Source of the DNA: Tepidisphaera sp.
GTDB taxonomy: Bacteria; Planctomycetota; Phycisphaerae; Phycisphaerales; UBA1924
DNA: 64,000 nt
NCBI GenBank assembly: GCA_050916045.1
Contig: CP051526.1
Location: 1,024,001 to 1,088,000 of the forward strand
Direction: 5' to 3'
In this document: positions 31,744 to 39,960 of the stretch, piece after piece
How the letters are laid out: the number at the start of each line of letters is the position of its first letter
Position numbering within the stretch: the stretch's first letter is position 1
The notes under the pieces: model-generated
The model's input: the letters and a program-made list of their open reading frames with translations, nothing else
The model's database searches: none
What the model was told of the DNA's origin: nothing
Made by a program: the position numbers and the translations under genes

Positions 31744-31771
31744 TTCACCACAGAGGCGCAGAGGCACAGAG
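31744..31771 (+). repeat. CACCACAGAG-type repeat, left arm
   Basis: TTCACCACAGAGGCGCAGAGGCACAGAG immediately after the kbl stop; inverted partner at 32871-32898 and a related hairpin at 59552-59648. Confidence 0.75.
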
Positions 31772-31800
31772 TTCGGAGCTTCCGTTTCGGCGGGCCTTGG

Positions 31801-32220
31801 CTATTCGATGTCCCACCGCACGCGTTGGTCCATCTCTTCCGTGGCGTGGAAGCGCTCGATGAGGTCGATGAGGGTCGCGCGGGGGATGAGATACGAGCGT
31901 GGGACCGTGTTGGCGAGCCCGTCGTCCGTCACGAAAGTCTCCACGCCCTTCGCCTGCGGGTCGCCGCGGGTCGACATCGCGGGATGGGCTTGGCTTTGCG
32001 AGACGGGGGGATGCCAGATCGCGAAGCCCGCGCCATCGCGCGGGCTCAGGCCGACCGTGAGCTGGGCCGAGCGTTGGTCCTTGGCAAGCACGACCACCAC
32101 TCCGGTCTCGCCTCCGCGGGGAGCGTCGACCAGCCGCTGGATGTCCGCGAGCGATGTGATCCGATCGACGTGCGACTCGCCTTCGACACGCGTGGTCTCG
32201 CGATGGTTGGACGGCTCCAT
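31801..32220 (-). CDS. Imm1-like immunity protein (tentative)
   Basis: 139 aa; QLTVG and C-terminal VP..YLIP...LIERF..T....VRW pattern like Imm1; TAGGAT -10 box 5 nt upstream. Confidence 0.6.
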   Translation of the reverse strand: MEPSNHRETTRVEGESHVDRITSLADIQRLVDAPRGGETGVVVVLAKDQRSAQLTVGLSPRDGAGFAIWHPPVSQSQAHPAMSTRGDPQAKGVETFVTDDGLANTVPRSYLIPRATLIDLIERFHATEEMDQRVRWDIE

Positions 32221-32326
32221 GCGGCATCCTATTCGGGTGACGTGGTGCGCCACGCCAATCGGGCGGTCGGGCGGGAGCAAGATTTCGAGCTTCGGCGGCC
32301 CTCGCTCGCTGGTACGATTGGTGGCG

Positions 32327-32773
32327 ATGACGAGCCCACGCGACCCCGAGACGACGAAGGGCGAGTCGCGCCCGAGCGCGTGCCCGGCGTGCGGGTATGA
32401 CATGGCGGGCGTGATGCACGCGACGTGCCCGGAGTGCGGGGCGGATGTCGCGAAGGAGCGGGCGCGGCTGGGGCCCCGCAAGAGCGTGCTTTGGGTGATC
32501 GTGCCGCTGACGGCGGGATCGCTGGTGTGGACGTGCATCGGACAGGCCCCCTTCGCGCTGGCTTCGCATTACCCCTTCGACCCGTTCCGCTCGTCCACCG
32601 CGTGGTTCGTGTGGGGGGTGATGGCCACCCATCTCGCCGCGCTCGCGGTCAGTCTGGCCCTTGTCCGGAAGATTTCACGAGCGGAGCACTCGACACACTC
32701 AAAGCTCACGCTGGCTTCGTGGCTCCTGCTGACGGTGCCATTCGTGCTTCTTCTCTTCGTGATGAGGGCATAG
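32327..32773 (+). CDS. Zinc-ribbon (CxxCGY...CPECG) membrane protein
   Basis: CPACGYD...CPECG followed by 3 hydrophobic segments. Confidence 0.7.
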   Translation: MTSPRDPETTKGESRPSACPACGYDMAGVMHATCPECGADVAKERARLGPRKSVLWVIVPLTAGSLVWTCIGQAPFALASHYPFDPFRSSTAWFVWGVMATHLAALAVSLALVRKISRAEHSTHSKLTLASWLLLTVPFVLLLFVMRA

Positions 32774-32870
32774 GCGGCGTGCCGTGAGCGTCGGTCGTTC
32801 GTTGACCAAGTGGGGAGCGCCGAAGCGGCCGTTCCTCGCCACCCCGCCCATGTTTGTCCGCCTTTCTCCT

Positions 32871-32898
32871 CCCTGTGCCTCCGCGCCTCGGTGATGAG
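32871..32898 (-). repeat. CACCACAGAG-type repeat, right (inverted) arm
   Basis: CCCTGTGCCTCCGCGCCTCGGTGATGAG matches the reverse complement of 31744-31771 at 23/28. Confidence 0.7.
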
Positions 32899-32905
32899 CC
32901 TTCTT

Positions 32906-33073
32906 CTGTCCCGGCGGGAGAGCGATCTGTGCGGACAGGAGCCGCTTCTGTCCGCAGCGCTGCGGTCTCTGTCCGGAGAGCAAGGAAGCGGCTCGGGAGG
33001 GGCGTGGGCGTGTTCGCGGATGGAGCGGGGGCCGTCCGAAGAGGAGCGATAACGCTCCGGGCGGCCCTCGTTC
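32906..33073. repeat. Degenerate 21-nt-period tandem array
   Basis: CTGTCC-like unit starts at 32906, 32927, 32948, 32969, (32990, 33011), 33032 and 33053. Confidence 0.55.
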
Positions 33074-33129
33074 CCGCGCGGGCACCCGAACCTTGAGTTG
33101 TCTGCGGGTGGGGCGAAGTGTGTCATCGA

Positions 33130-33148
33130 GCACACTGTTGTGCCAAAG
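33130..33148. promoter_or_regulatory. Operator-like dyad GCAC-N6-GTGCCAA
   Basis: Reverse complement CTTTGGCACAACAGTGTGC matches 59355-59373 (CTTTGGCACGAAAGTGTGC) at 17/19. Confidence 0.5.
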
Positions 33149-33312
33149 TTGGAGCAGACATATCATATTGCAAGTCAGGGCGGAGCAGGGAGTGCTCTAA
33201 GCAAGGCACACGCGAAAAAACTGGAGGGGAGTCATCCTTTCGGTCCGATATCGGGACTTCGTGGCGGCACGTTGTGTGTCGTGGGAGTTCACAGCTTGCG
33301 AAGGAGGTTCCG

Positions 33313-34413
33313 ATGCGGAAGAACGCGAAGGTGATCGCATGGCTTTCAGTGGTCGGGGCGGCGGTTGCGGGGTGGGGAGGCGAGGCGCGGGCGCAGATCG
33401 ATCCCCCGGGCAAGCCCCGGTGGACGGAGTGTCGCACGACGCCGGGCTGGTGGGATTCGCTCTGGACGTGCCGTGTCTGCTCCCCCGGGTATTACACGGA
33501 CACGTACTGCTTCGGGTTCTCCGACGGTGAGCAGGCGTGCTGCGGCGTGACGCTGAACCTGGGCACCGGCGAGGAGGTCACGGTGGTCGGGAGTTTCGAG
33601 TACTGCGGGGCGACGGTCGGCTTGTCGGTGACGGATGTCGAGTACAAGGAAGTCGGCATCACCGCGGGCGAGTGCGAGTGCTGCTCGCTTGAGGTCTGCT
33701 TCCCCGGCGGGCAGGTCCGGGTCTGGGAATGCTCGCGGCGGGTGCCCAAGAAGTGGGGTTGGCGCTGGGTGCACGACGGGCTGGCGCGGTGCCGTGAGTA
33801 CACGGTGATCGAGTGGGGTACGGAAACGTACTACGAGTCGGAGTTCATCCCCGGCGGGCCGGCGGTGTACGCGCCCAAGTGCGCGGACGCGTCGGCGTTC
33901 TGCACGGCTCAGGGTCGGGACTGCGACGACAAGAAGCACCACGCCGAGGAGGGGTTCGAGGTCTTCACCGAGGCCGCGCCGCAGGTCGCGGTCTGGTCCA
34001 TCTCGGCCGAGTCCGTCCGGGACCGCGTCTTTCAGGGCGAGATCCGAGGCCTCGAGGATCTCTCGCTGCTCCAGCTCCGGATCCTGCGCCACCTGGCCGA
34101 GAAAGGAACGGGGGCGCTTCCGGTGACCGAGGACGGGGCTCGCGCGAGCCTGATCTTCGCGGATGGGACGACGTTCGCGGCCGAGCCGGGCGACTTCCTG
34201 GCGACCCTCGAGAAGTACCAGAACGATCTCGTGAACTCGTCGGGGTTCTACGACATCAACCGCGACGGCTTCTTCGAGGTGCACGACGCCTTCGCGTTGT
34301 ATGATTACGTCGTGACGGGCGAGAACGGCGCGGAGTGGCCGACGTGGGCCGACCTCAACGCCGACTCGCTGGTCAGCGACTCGGATCTCGAGCAGCTGGT
34401 CGCTCACCTGTAA
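33313..34413 (+). CDS. Secreted Cys-rich protein with C-terminal dockerin/EF-hand-like pair
   Basis: AGGAGG RBS; signal peptide ending ARA; many Cys; DINRDG and DLNADS loops. Confidence 0.75.
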   Translation: MRKNAKVIAWLSVVGAAVAGWGGEARAQIDPPGKPRWTECRTTPGWWDSLWTCRVCSPGYYTDTYCFGFSDGEQACCGVTLNLGTGEEVTVVGSFEYCGATVGLSVTDVEYKEVGITAGECECCSLEVCFPGGQVRVWECSRRVPKKWGWRWVHDGLARCREYTVIEWGTETYYESEFIPGGPAVYAPKCADASAFCTAQGRDCDDKKHHAEEGFEVFTEAAPQVAVWSISAESVRDRVFQGEIRGLEDLSLLQLRILRHLAEKGTGALPVTEDGARASLIFADGTTFAAEPGDFLATLEKYQNDLVNSSGFYDINRDGFFEVHDAFALYDYVVTGENGAEWPTWADLNADSLVSDSDLEQLVAHL

Positions 34414-34455
34414 CGAGCCGCCGGCCCGCCGGACCGGCTTGGGAGCGGCGATGCG

Positions 34456-35673
34456 ATGATCACCCATCTCGTGAGCGCCATCATCCCCAGTCCCGCCGGC
34501 GTTCTGAACGAGGCGTGGCGCTCCGGGCCGCAAGCGGCCCGGAGCGGCTTATGGACGTGGCTCGAGACCCCGACGCGGCTGGGGCTCGGGCCCTCGGACG
34601 TCGATCGGGCGGCGGCGGGCTGGGCCATGGGGGCGCTGGTGCTCTCGGTTCTGGCGTTCAAACTTGTTCCGGCGGACGGGTCGTCCGCGCTCGGGGGCGG
34701 CGTTCCCGGGGCGGGCGTGCGTCGCGACCTGCGTCTTGCGGCGGTGGCGATGGGGCTGTGTGCCGCCTTCGCGGCCGCGATGGGATGGACCAGGCGGACG
34801 CACGCGCTCGGGGAGGCGATGGTCACACTCTCGCCCGGGATCGCCCTCCTCGCGGGGGTGCTGCTGATCGCGGTCCTGCTCGCTCGCAAGCTCGGACGCG
34901 TGGATCGCGGAGCGTGCGTCGGCTGCGGGTACCCGCTGCCCGAACCCGCAAGCCGGTGCCCCGAGTGCGGCCTTCAGGACGTTCCCGACAGCGAGGCGGC
35001 CGCTCAGGTGTCACGGCCCGCGTTGTTCCCCGGGGGGTTCCGCGTGCTCGTCCGAGGCGGCGCTGCAACGGCGCTCGCTCTTGCCTGCTTTCATCTCCTC
35101 GCCGCGCTGATGCCGATGCCGTCGGTGCTCCGGCCGTCGTCGGTCGTGACGGGGACGAACACGGGCGTGGCCGGACCCGCCGGCGGTCTGCGGTTCGTGA
35201 GCTGGCGCACGGCCCGGGCGGTCGCTTCCCCGTGGTTCGTGCTCGAGGGGCCGGAGTGGTTCCGCGTCGCGATCGTGCACCGGCAGCAGGACCAGACCGG
35301 GTACGCCTGCCTGGCGTTCAACGGGGATGAGTCGAAGGCGGGGATGATCGAGGGCTCGTTCGCCAAGCCGCCCGCGGGGTGGGTCGAGATATCCCCGGCG
35401 AGCGTCCGCGATCTCCTCGCGCGGGGCGGGCTGACCATGACGCCCGAGGATGAGCCGGTCATCCACGCGATGCTGCTTCAGATGCAAGCCAACTTCGGCC
35501 GCGTAGAAGGGGCTCCGCAGGTGACCCCGCCGAACATGACCCAAGGACGGTCGGTTCTGCGCACGGCCGACAACCGCCGCTTGGAGCCCACGCGGTTCTC
35601 GGTTCTTGCTTTGGCGGCCGTCTCCCTCCTGGTGGGAGCGGGGGCGGTCGCTCGGGGGCGGGCGGCGGCGTAG
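34456..35673 (+). CDS. Multi-pass membrane protein with CxxCGY...CPECG zinc ribbon
   Basis: Several TM segments; CVGCGYPL...CPECG. Confidence 0.65.
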   Translation: MITHLVSAIIPSPAGVLNEAWRSGPQAARSGLWTWLETPTRLGLGPSDVDRAAAGWAMGALVLSVLAFKLVPADGSSALGGGVPGAGVRRDLRLAAVAMGLCAAFAAAMGWTRRTHALGEAMVTLSPGIALLAGVLLIAVLLARKLGRVDRGACVGCGYPLPEPASRCPECGLQDVPDSEAAAQVSRPALFPGGFRVLVRGGAATALALACFHLLAALMPMPSVLRPSSVVTGTNTGVAGPAGGLRFVSWRTARAVASPWFVLEGPEWFRVAIVHRQQDQTGYACLAFNGDESKAGMIEGSFAKPPAGWVEISPASVRDLLARGGLTMTPEDEPVIHAMLLQMQANFGRVEGAPQVTPPNMTQGRSVLRTADNRRLEPTRFSVLALAAVSLLVGAGAVARGRAAA

Positions 35674-35756
35674 AACCTGAGAAATCCGCAGAATTCGGTT
35701 GCAACCGTCGGGCGGACTTGAGAGAATGGACGTCGGCCGTTCAACGGAGTTTCACG

Positions 35757-36668
35757 ATGCGTCATGGGATGTTGCAGGCGGGAATGTCGCGGGCGGACGT
35801 GCTGGCTTTGGTCGCGGGATCGGTGGTCGTCGGGTGTCTCGGGGTCTCGATGACCATCGCGGACCCCTCCGGCCGGGGCGAACGGCTTTCGGAAAGCCTG
35901 TCCAACCTGCGGGCGATCGGCTCGGCGATGGGGCAGTACCGCGCGGACAACGCCGGGTACACGCCGCTGGAGGGGACGACCACGAGGCGGCGGCCGAATG
36001 AGCAGCAGCTCGAGGGTCTGTGCGGCTGGCAGTTTGGCGGGAAGAACACCAGCGCGTTCTGGTTCGGACAGTTCGGCGGCTCCTTCGACATCGAAGCGGC
36101 GGACCGCCCGCTCAATCCGTACCTCTATCCGGAGTTCACCTTCACCGCGCCCGCGCCGCCCGCCCGGCTCGCGTCCAACGCGCCGCAGCGCTCCGCGCAC
36201 CAGGCCCGCGTCTTCCGCGACCCGGCGGACCTCAACAGCCGCCAGCGCCGCTGGCCCGACCCGAACAACCCGCCGATCTCAACCTACGACGACGTGGGCA
36301 CGTCGTACCTGTTCAACCTCGCGTGGCTCAATCAAGTCGGCGGGTTGAACGTGCGATCGCTCCGCAGCGCGACGGCGCGGCTCGCGACCGATCAGGGTGT
36401 GGACCCGGCCCGCTTCGTGTACCTCGCCGATGGTGTCGCGGAGGTGGTGCTGTACCAGCCCAATCCCGGGTTCCGCCTGATGGGCAACCACGGCGTGGAG
36501 AACGCGGGCGTCACGCTCTTTGCGGATGGCCATTCGGGGCTCGTGACGTACCGGCCGGGGATGACGCGGGCCTCGCGGGTCAACGAGGTGTACTCGGTCC
36601 TGTTCGAGGATCTGGGGCGGCCGGGCGGGCTTGAGCGCCGCGGGCTTCCAGAGTCGGTCTCTCGCTGA
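35757..36668 (+). CDS. DUF1559-like/pseudopilin-like protein with C-terminal H-X-DG motif
   Basis: Degenerate prepilin N-terminus, SLSNLRAIGSAMGQY..DN, GTSY.FN and HG......LFADGH. Confidence 0.72.
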   Translation: MRHGMLQAGMSRADVLALVAGSVVVGCLGVSMTIADPSGRGERLSESLSNLRAIGSAMGQYRADNAGYTPLEGTTTRRRPNEQQLEGLCGWQFGGKNTSAFWFGQFGGSFDIEAADRPLNPYLYPEFTFTAPAPPARLASNAPQRSAHQARVFRDPADLNSRQRRWPDPNNPPISTYDDVGTSYLFNLAWLNQVGGLNVRSLRSATARLATDQGVDPARFVYLADGVAEVVLYQPNPGFRLMGNHGVENAGVTLFADGHSGLVTYRPGMTRASRVNEVYSVLFEDLGRPGGLERRGLPESVSR

Positions 36669-36677
36669 ACCCGAGCG

Positions 36678-37781
36678 TCACGCGATCGCCGTGCTCGACT
36701 CGCGCACGACCAGGTGCGTGGGCACCTTGACGAGCGTCGGCGTGGTGGCGCGGTTCTCGAGCCTCCGCACCAGCATCGAGATCGCCGTCGCGCCCACATC
36801 CGCCATCTGCAGCGCGACGGTGGACAGGCTCGGGCGGATCAGCCGCGAGAGCTGCGTGTCGTCGAAGCCGACGATGCGGAACTGGTCGGGGACCTTGAGG
36901 GAGGCGTGCTCGGCCGCCCGCATGATGCCCACCGCGATCTCATCGTTGCCCGCGAGGACGCCGCTGCCGGCGAGCTTGGCCGCGCCGCCGGCGACCTGGG
37001 CGTGGCGGAGGAACCACTCGCGGCCCCACTCGACGGCGAAGTCGCCGAAGATGACCTGGTCGGGCGTGGCTTTGTGCCCGTGCTTGGCGAGAGCGGCGAT
37101 GAACGCCGCGGCGCGGCGCTGCGTGTCGTAGTTGTCGGTGGGCCCGCCCGCGAAGGCGAGCTTGCTCGGCGGCATCCAGCGGAGGAGGTGCTCGACGGCT
37201 TCCATCGTGCCCTTCTCGTTGTCGATGACGACGCTGTCAAGGCCCTGAGCCGTCAGGTCGGTCACGATCGAGACGGTGGGGAGGCCCGACTCGATCGCGT
37301 CGCGCCAGAGGGGGTTCTCGGCTTTCTCGATCATGAGGACGGTGCCTTCGACGAGGCGCGAGCCGACGATGCGGTTGCGCCGCTTGCCGTCGGGCATGGT
37401 CGTGATCGAGGTGACCATGAGGTGGTAGCCGAGGCGGACGGCTTCCTCGTCCGCGCCCTGGAGGAGTTCGGTGAAGAACTCACCCTGGAACCACGGGAGG
37501 GCGATGCCCAGGACGCGCGTGTCGCCGGAGTTGAGGCCGCGGGCCATGGGGTTTGGGATGTAGCCGAGCTCTTCGACGGCTTTGCGGACGCGCGACGCGG
37601 TGTCGGGGGAGACGTCGGCGGATTTGTTCATCACGCGCGAGACGGTCGCGATGGAGACGCCCGCGTGGGCCGCGACCTGGCGGATGGAGACCGGCCGCTG
37701 CTCGGGCCGACGATCGCCTTCGGAGGAGTGGCTTGAAGACGAGGAGGGCGGGAGGGGCGTGCCGGGAGGGGGGACGTTCAT
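36678..37781 (-). CDS. LacI family transcriptional regulator
   Basis: SIRQVAAHAGVSIATVSRV HTH, LGYIPN and IVGFDD. Confidence 0.92.
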   Translation of the reverse strand: MNVPPPGTPLPPSSSSSHSSEGDRRPEQRPVSIRQVAAHAGVSIATVSRVMNKSADVSPDTASRVRKAVEELGYIPNPMARGLNSGDTRVLGIALPWFQGEFFTELLQGADEEAVRLGYHLMVTSITTMPDGKRRNRIVGSRLVEGTVLMIEKAENPLWRDAIESGLPTVSIVTDLTAQGLDSVVIDNEKGTMEAVEHLLRWMPPSKLAFAGGPTDNYDTQRRAAAFIAALAKHGHKATPDQVIFGDFAVEWGREWFLRHAQVAGGAAKLAGSGVLAGNDEIAVGIMRAAEHASLKVPDQFRIVGFDDTQLSRLIRPSLSTVALQMADVGATAISMLVRRLENRATTPTLVKVPTHLVVRESSTAIA

Positions 37782-37834
37782 GGCCGCTCATGGTAGTGGG
37801 GCTGGGCCCGGCCATGTTGGCGGTGGGGGCTCGA

Positions 37835-38698
37835 TCAGACCGCGGGGTACGACGCGGAGGTCCGGTCGCTCTCCCAGACCGTCATCTGGACAAGCCGCCC
37901 CCCGCCCGCTTCGGCGATCTTGGGGGCGAGGCGGTCAAAGAAGACCTTCGCGATGTTCTCGACGCTGGGCACCACGCCCCCGCGCTCCGCGTCAAACTCC
38001 GGGGTGTCGACGTTGAGGTACGTGTGGTCGTACCGGTCCAGGAGCACCTCCTTGCAAAGGTGTTCCAGGCCCTGCACCGAAAGCTGCGAGGGGGCGGCGG
38101 ACACCGGCACCTCGACGCACGGCTCAAAGATGTAGTTGTGCCCGTGCCCGTTGGCGTGATTGCACTTGCCGAAGGCCCGGCGGTTCTCCTCGATCGAGAG
38201 CGAGGGGACGTGCAGGCGGTGGCTTGCCGCGAACTCAAACCGCTGGCGGAAGAGCACGCTTGGAACAGTGGATGCGGATGGACGTGCATCGTTCACGATG
38301 GTCTCCAGACTGAGGTACGGCGTCAGACGCCAGCGGAGCGAAGCCAGGATGCCCCCAAGCTCAAGGCGGAGGGCTTCCCCGGCGGTCGTCAAGACCAGCG
38401 GCAGGTTGATCTTCGCGGAAGAAGCGACCGAACGCCGCAAAGCCTCCGCAACGATGGGCGCAACCGCCCGCCGGACCGCCCGGTCGATCACCTTGATGTC
38501 CACGAGGTACGCGAGCGTCGGGTCCACCGGTCCCACACAGCGCACGTCGAACTGCTCATACCGGCCCAGACCGGTGAGGGAAGGTGTGCCGGCGTAGCCG
38601 TTGACGACGCTGGTGAGCGTCTCGTACCCGGGCAACCCCTCTCCGCCAGGACTGGTATGATCTACACTGAACCGAACTGCTCTGCACAATTCGTACAT
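37835..38698 (-). CDS. Tandem-domain 6-pyruvoyl-tetrahydropterin/6-carboxytetrahydropterin synthase (QueD-like)
   Basis: FAASHRL...FGKCNHANGHGHNY, DHTYLN, PSVENIA and VWES; degenerate N-terminal T-fold. Confidence 0.82.
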   Translation of the reverse strand: MYELCRAVRFSVDHTSPGGEGLPGYETLTSVVNGYAGTPSLTGLGRYEQFDVRCVGPVDPTLAYLVDIKVIDRAVRRAVAPIVAEALRRSVASSAKINLPLVLTTAGEALRLELGGILASLRWRLTPYLSLETIVNDARPSASTVPSVLFRQRFEFAASHRLHVPSLSIEENRRAFGKCNHANGHGHNYIFEPCVEVPVSAAPSQLSVQGLEHLCKEVLLDRYDHTYLNVDTPEFDAERGGVVPSVENIAKVFFDRLAPKIAEAGGGRLVQMTVWESDRTSASYPAV

Positions 38699-38789
38699 CG
38701 TGTAGACTGTACGAGACGTCAGGAGGCAGGGCGCGCGCCCGGCCAGGATCGAAGGCATGGGTGGAACCCACCCTACAGGAGGCTCAGAC

Positions 38790-38954
38790 ATGAAGAAATT
38801 GGTCACTATCGTCCTTCCCGTTGCGATTCTGGCTGCGGCCGGCGTCGGTCTTGTGGGCTGCGAAGAGAAGAAGGCCGCCCCCAAGCCCGCGGACGTCAAG
38901 CCCGCGGATGTCAAGCCCGCCGACGCGGCCCCGGCTCCCGCTGAAAAGAAGTAA
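38790..38954 (+). CDS. Small lipoprotein with KPADV repeats
   Basis: AGGAGG RBS, lipobox LVGC, downstream terminator. Confidence 0.75.
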   Translation: MKKLVTIVLPVAILAAAGVGLVGCEEKKAAPKPADVKPADVKPADAAPAPAEKK

Positions 38955-38986
38955 TCCGGGAGCTCGCATCTCAGCGAAGTACCTGC

Positions 38987-39022
38987 ACGGCCGTCCCCAT
39001 CGGGGGCGGCCGTGTCCTTTTT
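38987..39022 (+). terminator. Intrinsic terminator
   Basis: ACGGCCGTCCCC-atc-GGGGCGGCCGT followed by a T-run. Confidence 0.65.
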
Positions 39023-39113
39023 GCCGATTCCGAGCCCGAACGATCGCTTGCGGCCCGCCACAGAAGCGTCAAGCCTGGCCTAGTGTTTTCCCCGAACCTC
39101 ACAGGAGCCTTTC

Positions 39114-39866
39114 ATGACCCGCGCAGCCGCTTTGGCCCTCTCCGCGTTCGTCCTGCCCGTGGCCCTGGCCCAGCCCGCCACCCAGCCCGCCACCCAGCCT
39201 GCCACCCCGCCCGCCAGCCAGCCCGCGGAGAAGCCGGCAGAGACCAAGCCCGCTGACGTCAAGCCCGTCGAAACCAAACCGGCGGCCGAAGCTCCGAAGG
39301 AACCCGCCAAGCCCGCCGACCCTTACGTCCTTGGCTTCACCGTCACCGACATCGACGGCAAACCGCAAAAGCTCGACCAGTACAAGGGCAAGGTCATCCT
39401 CATCGTCAATGTCGCCAGCGAGTGCGGCCTCACCGCGCAGTACAAGAACCTCCAGAAGCTCTTTGACGACAAGAAGGACAAGGGCCTGGTGATCCTCGCG
39501 TTCCCCGCCAACGACTTCGCGGGGCAGGAGCCCGGCAAGGACTCGGACATCAAGTCCTTCTGCGAGAAGGAATACAGCGTCACCTTCCCCCTCTTCTCCA
39601 AGGTCTCCGTCAAGGGCGACAAGCAGCACGCGCTCTTCAAGCAGCTCGTCGCGCAGCCCAAGCCTCTCGGCGGGGATCTCGCTTGGAACTTCACCAAGTT
39701 CATCGTGGACCGCGAGGGCAAGGTCGTCGCTCGCTTTGAGCCTCGCATCGATCCCTCGGACTCCAACCTCGTCAAGAAGGTCGACGAACTCCTCGCCAAG
39801 GATGCTCCCAAGTCCAAGGAAGCGCCCACGCCCGAGGCCAAGCCCGCGGTTCCGCCATCCAAGTAA
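39114..39866 (+). CDS. Exported glutathione peroxidase family protein
   Basis: Signal peptide; NVASECG, FPANDF..QEPG and WNFTKF. Confidence 0.9.
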   Translation: MTRAAALALSAFVLPVALAQPATQPATQPATPPASQPAEKPAETKPADVKPVETKPAAEAPKEPAKPADPYVLGFTVTDIDGKPQKLDQYKGKVILIVNVASECGLTAQYKNLQKLFDDKKDKGLVILAFPANDFAGQEPGKDSDIKSFCEKEYSVTFPLFSKVSVKGDKQHALFKQLVAQPKPLGGDLAWNFTKFIVDREGKVVARFEPRIDPSDSNLVKKVDELLAKDAPKSKEAPTPEAKPAVPPSK

Positions 39867-39960
39867 ACGGCAGGTGAATTCCCCACCGCATGCCCCGGAA
39901 TTCTGGTCCGAGCGGCCTCCAGGCGCGTGAAGTTCGCCGGGATCGTCCTACGCTTGCCGC

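Noticed and set aside
39114..39866. Selenoprotein glutathione peroxidase
   Set aside because: The active-site codon is TGC (Cys) in VASECG, with no in-frame TGA
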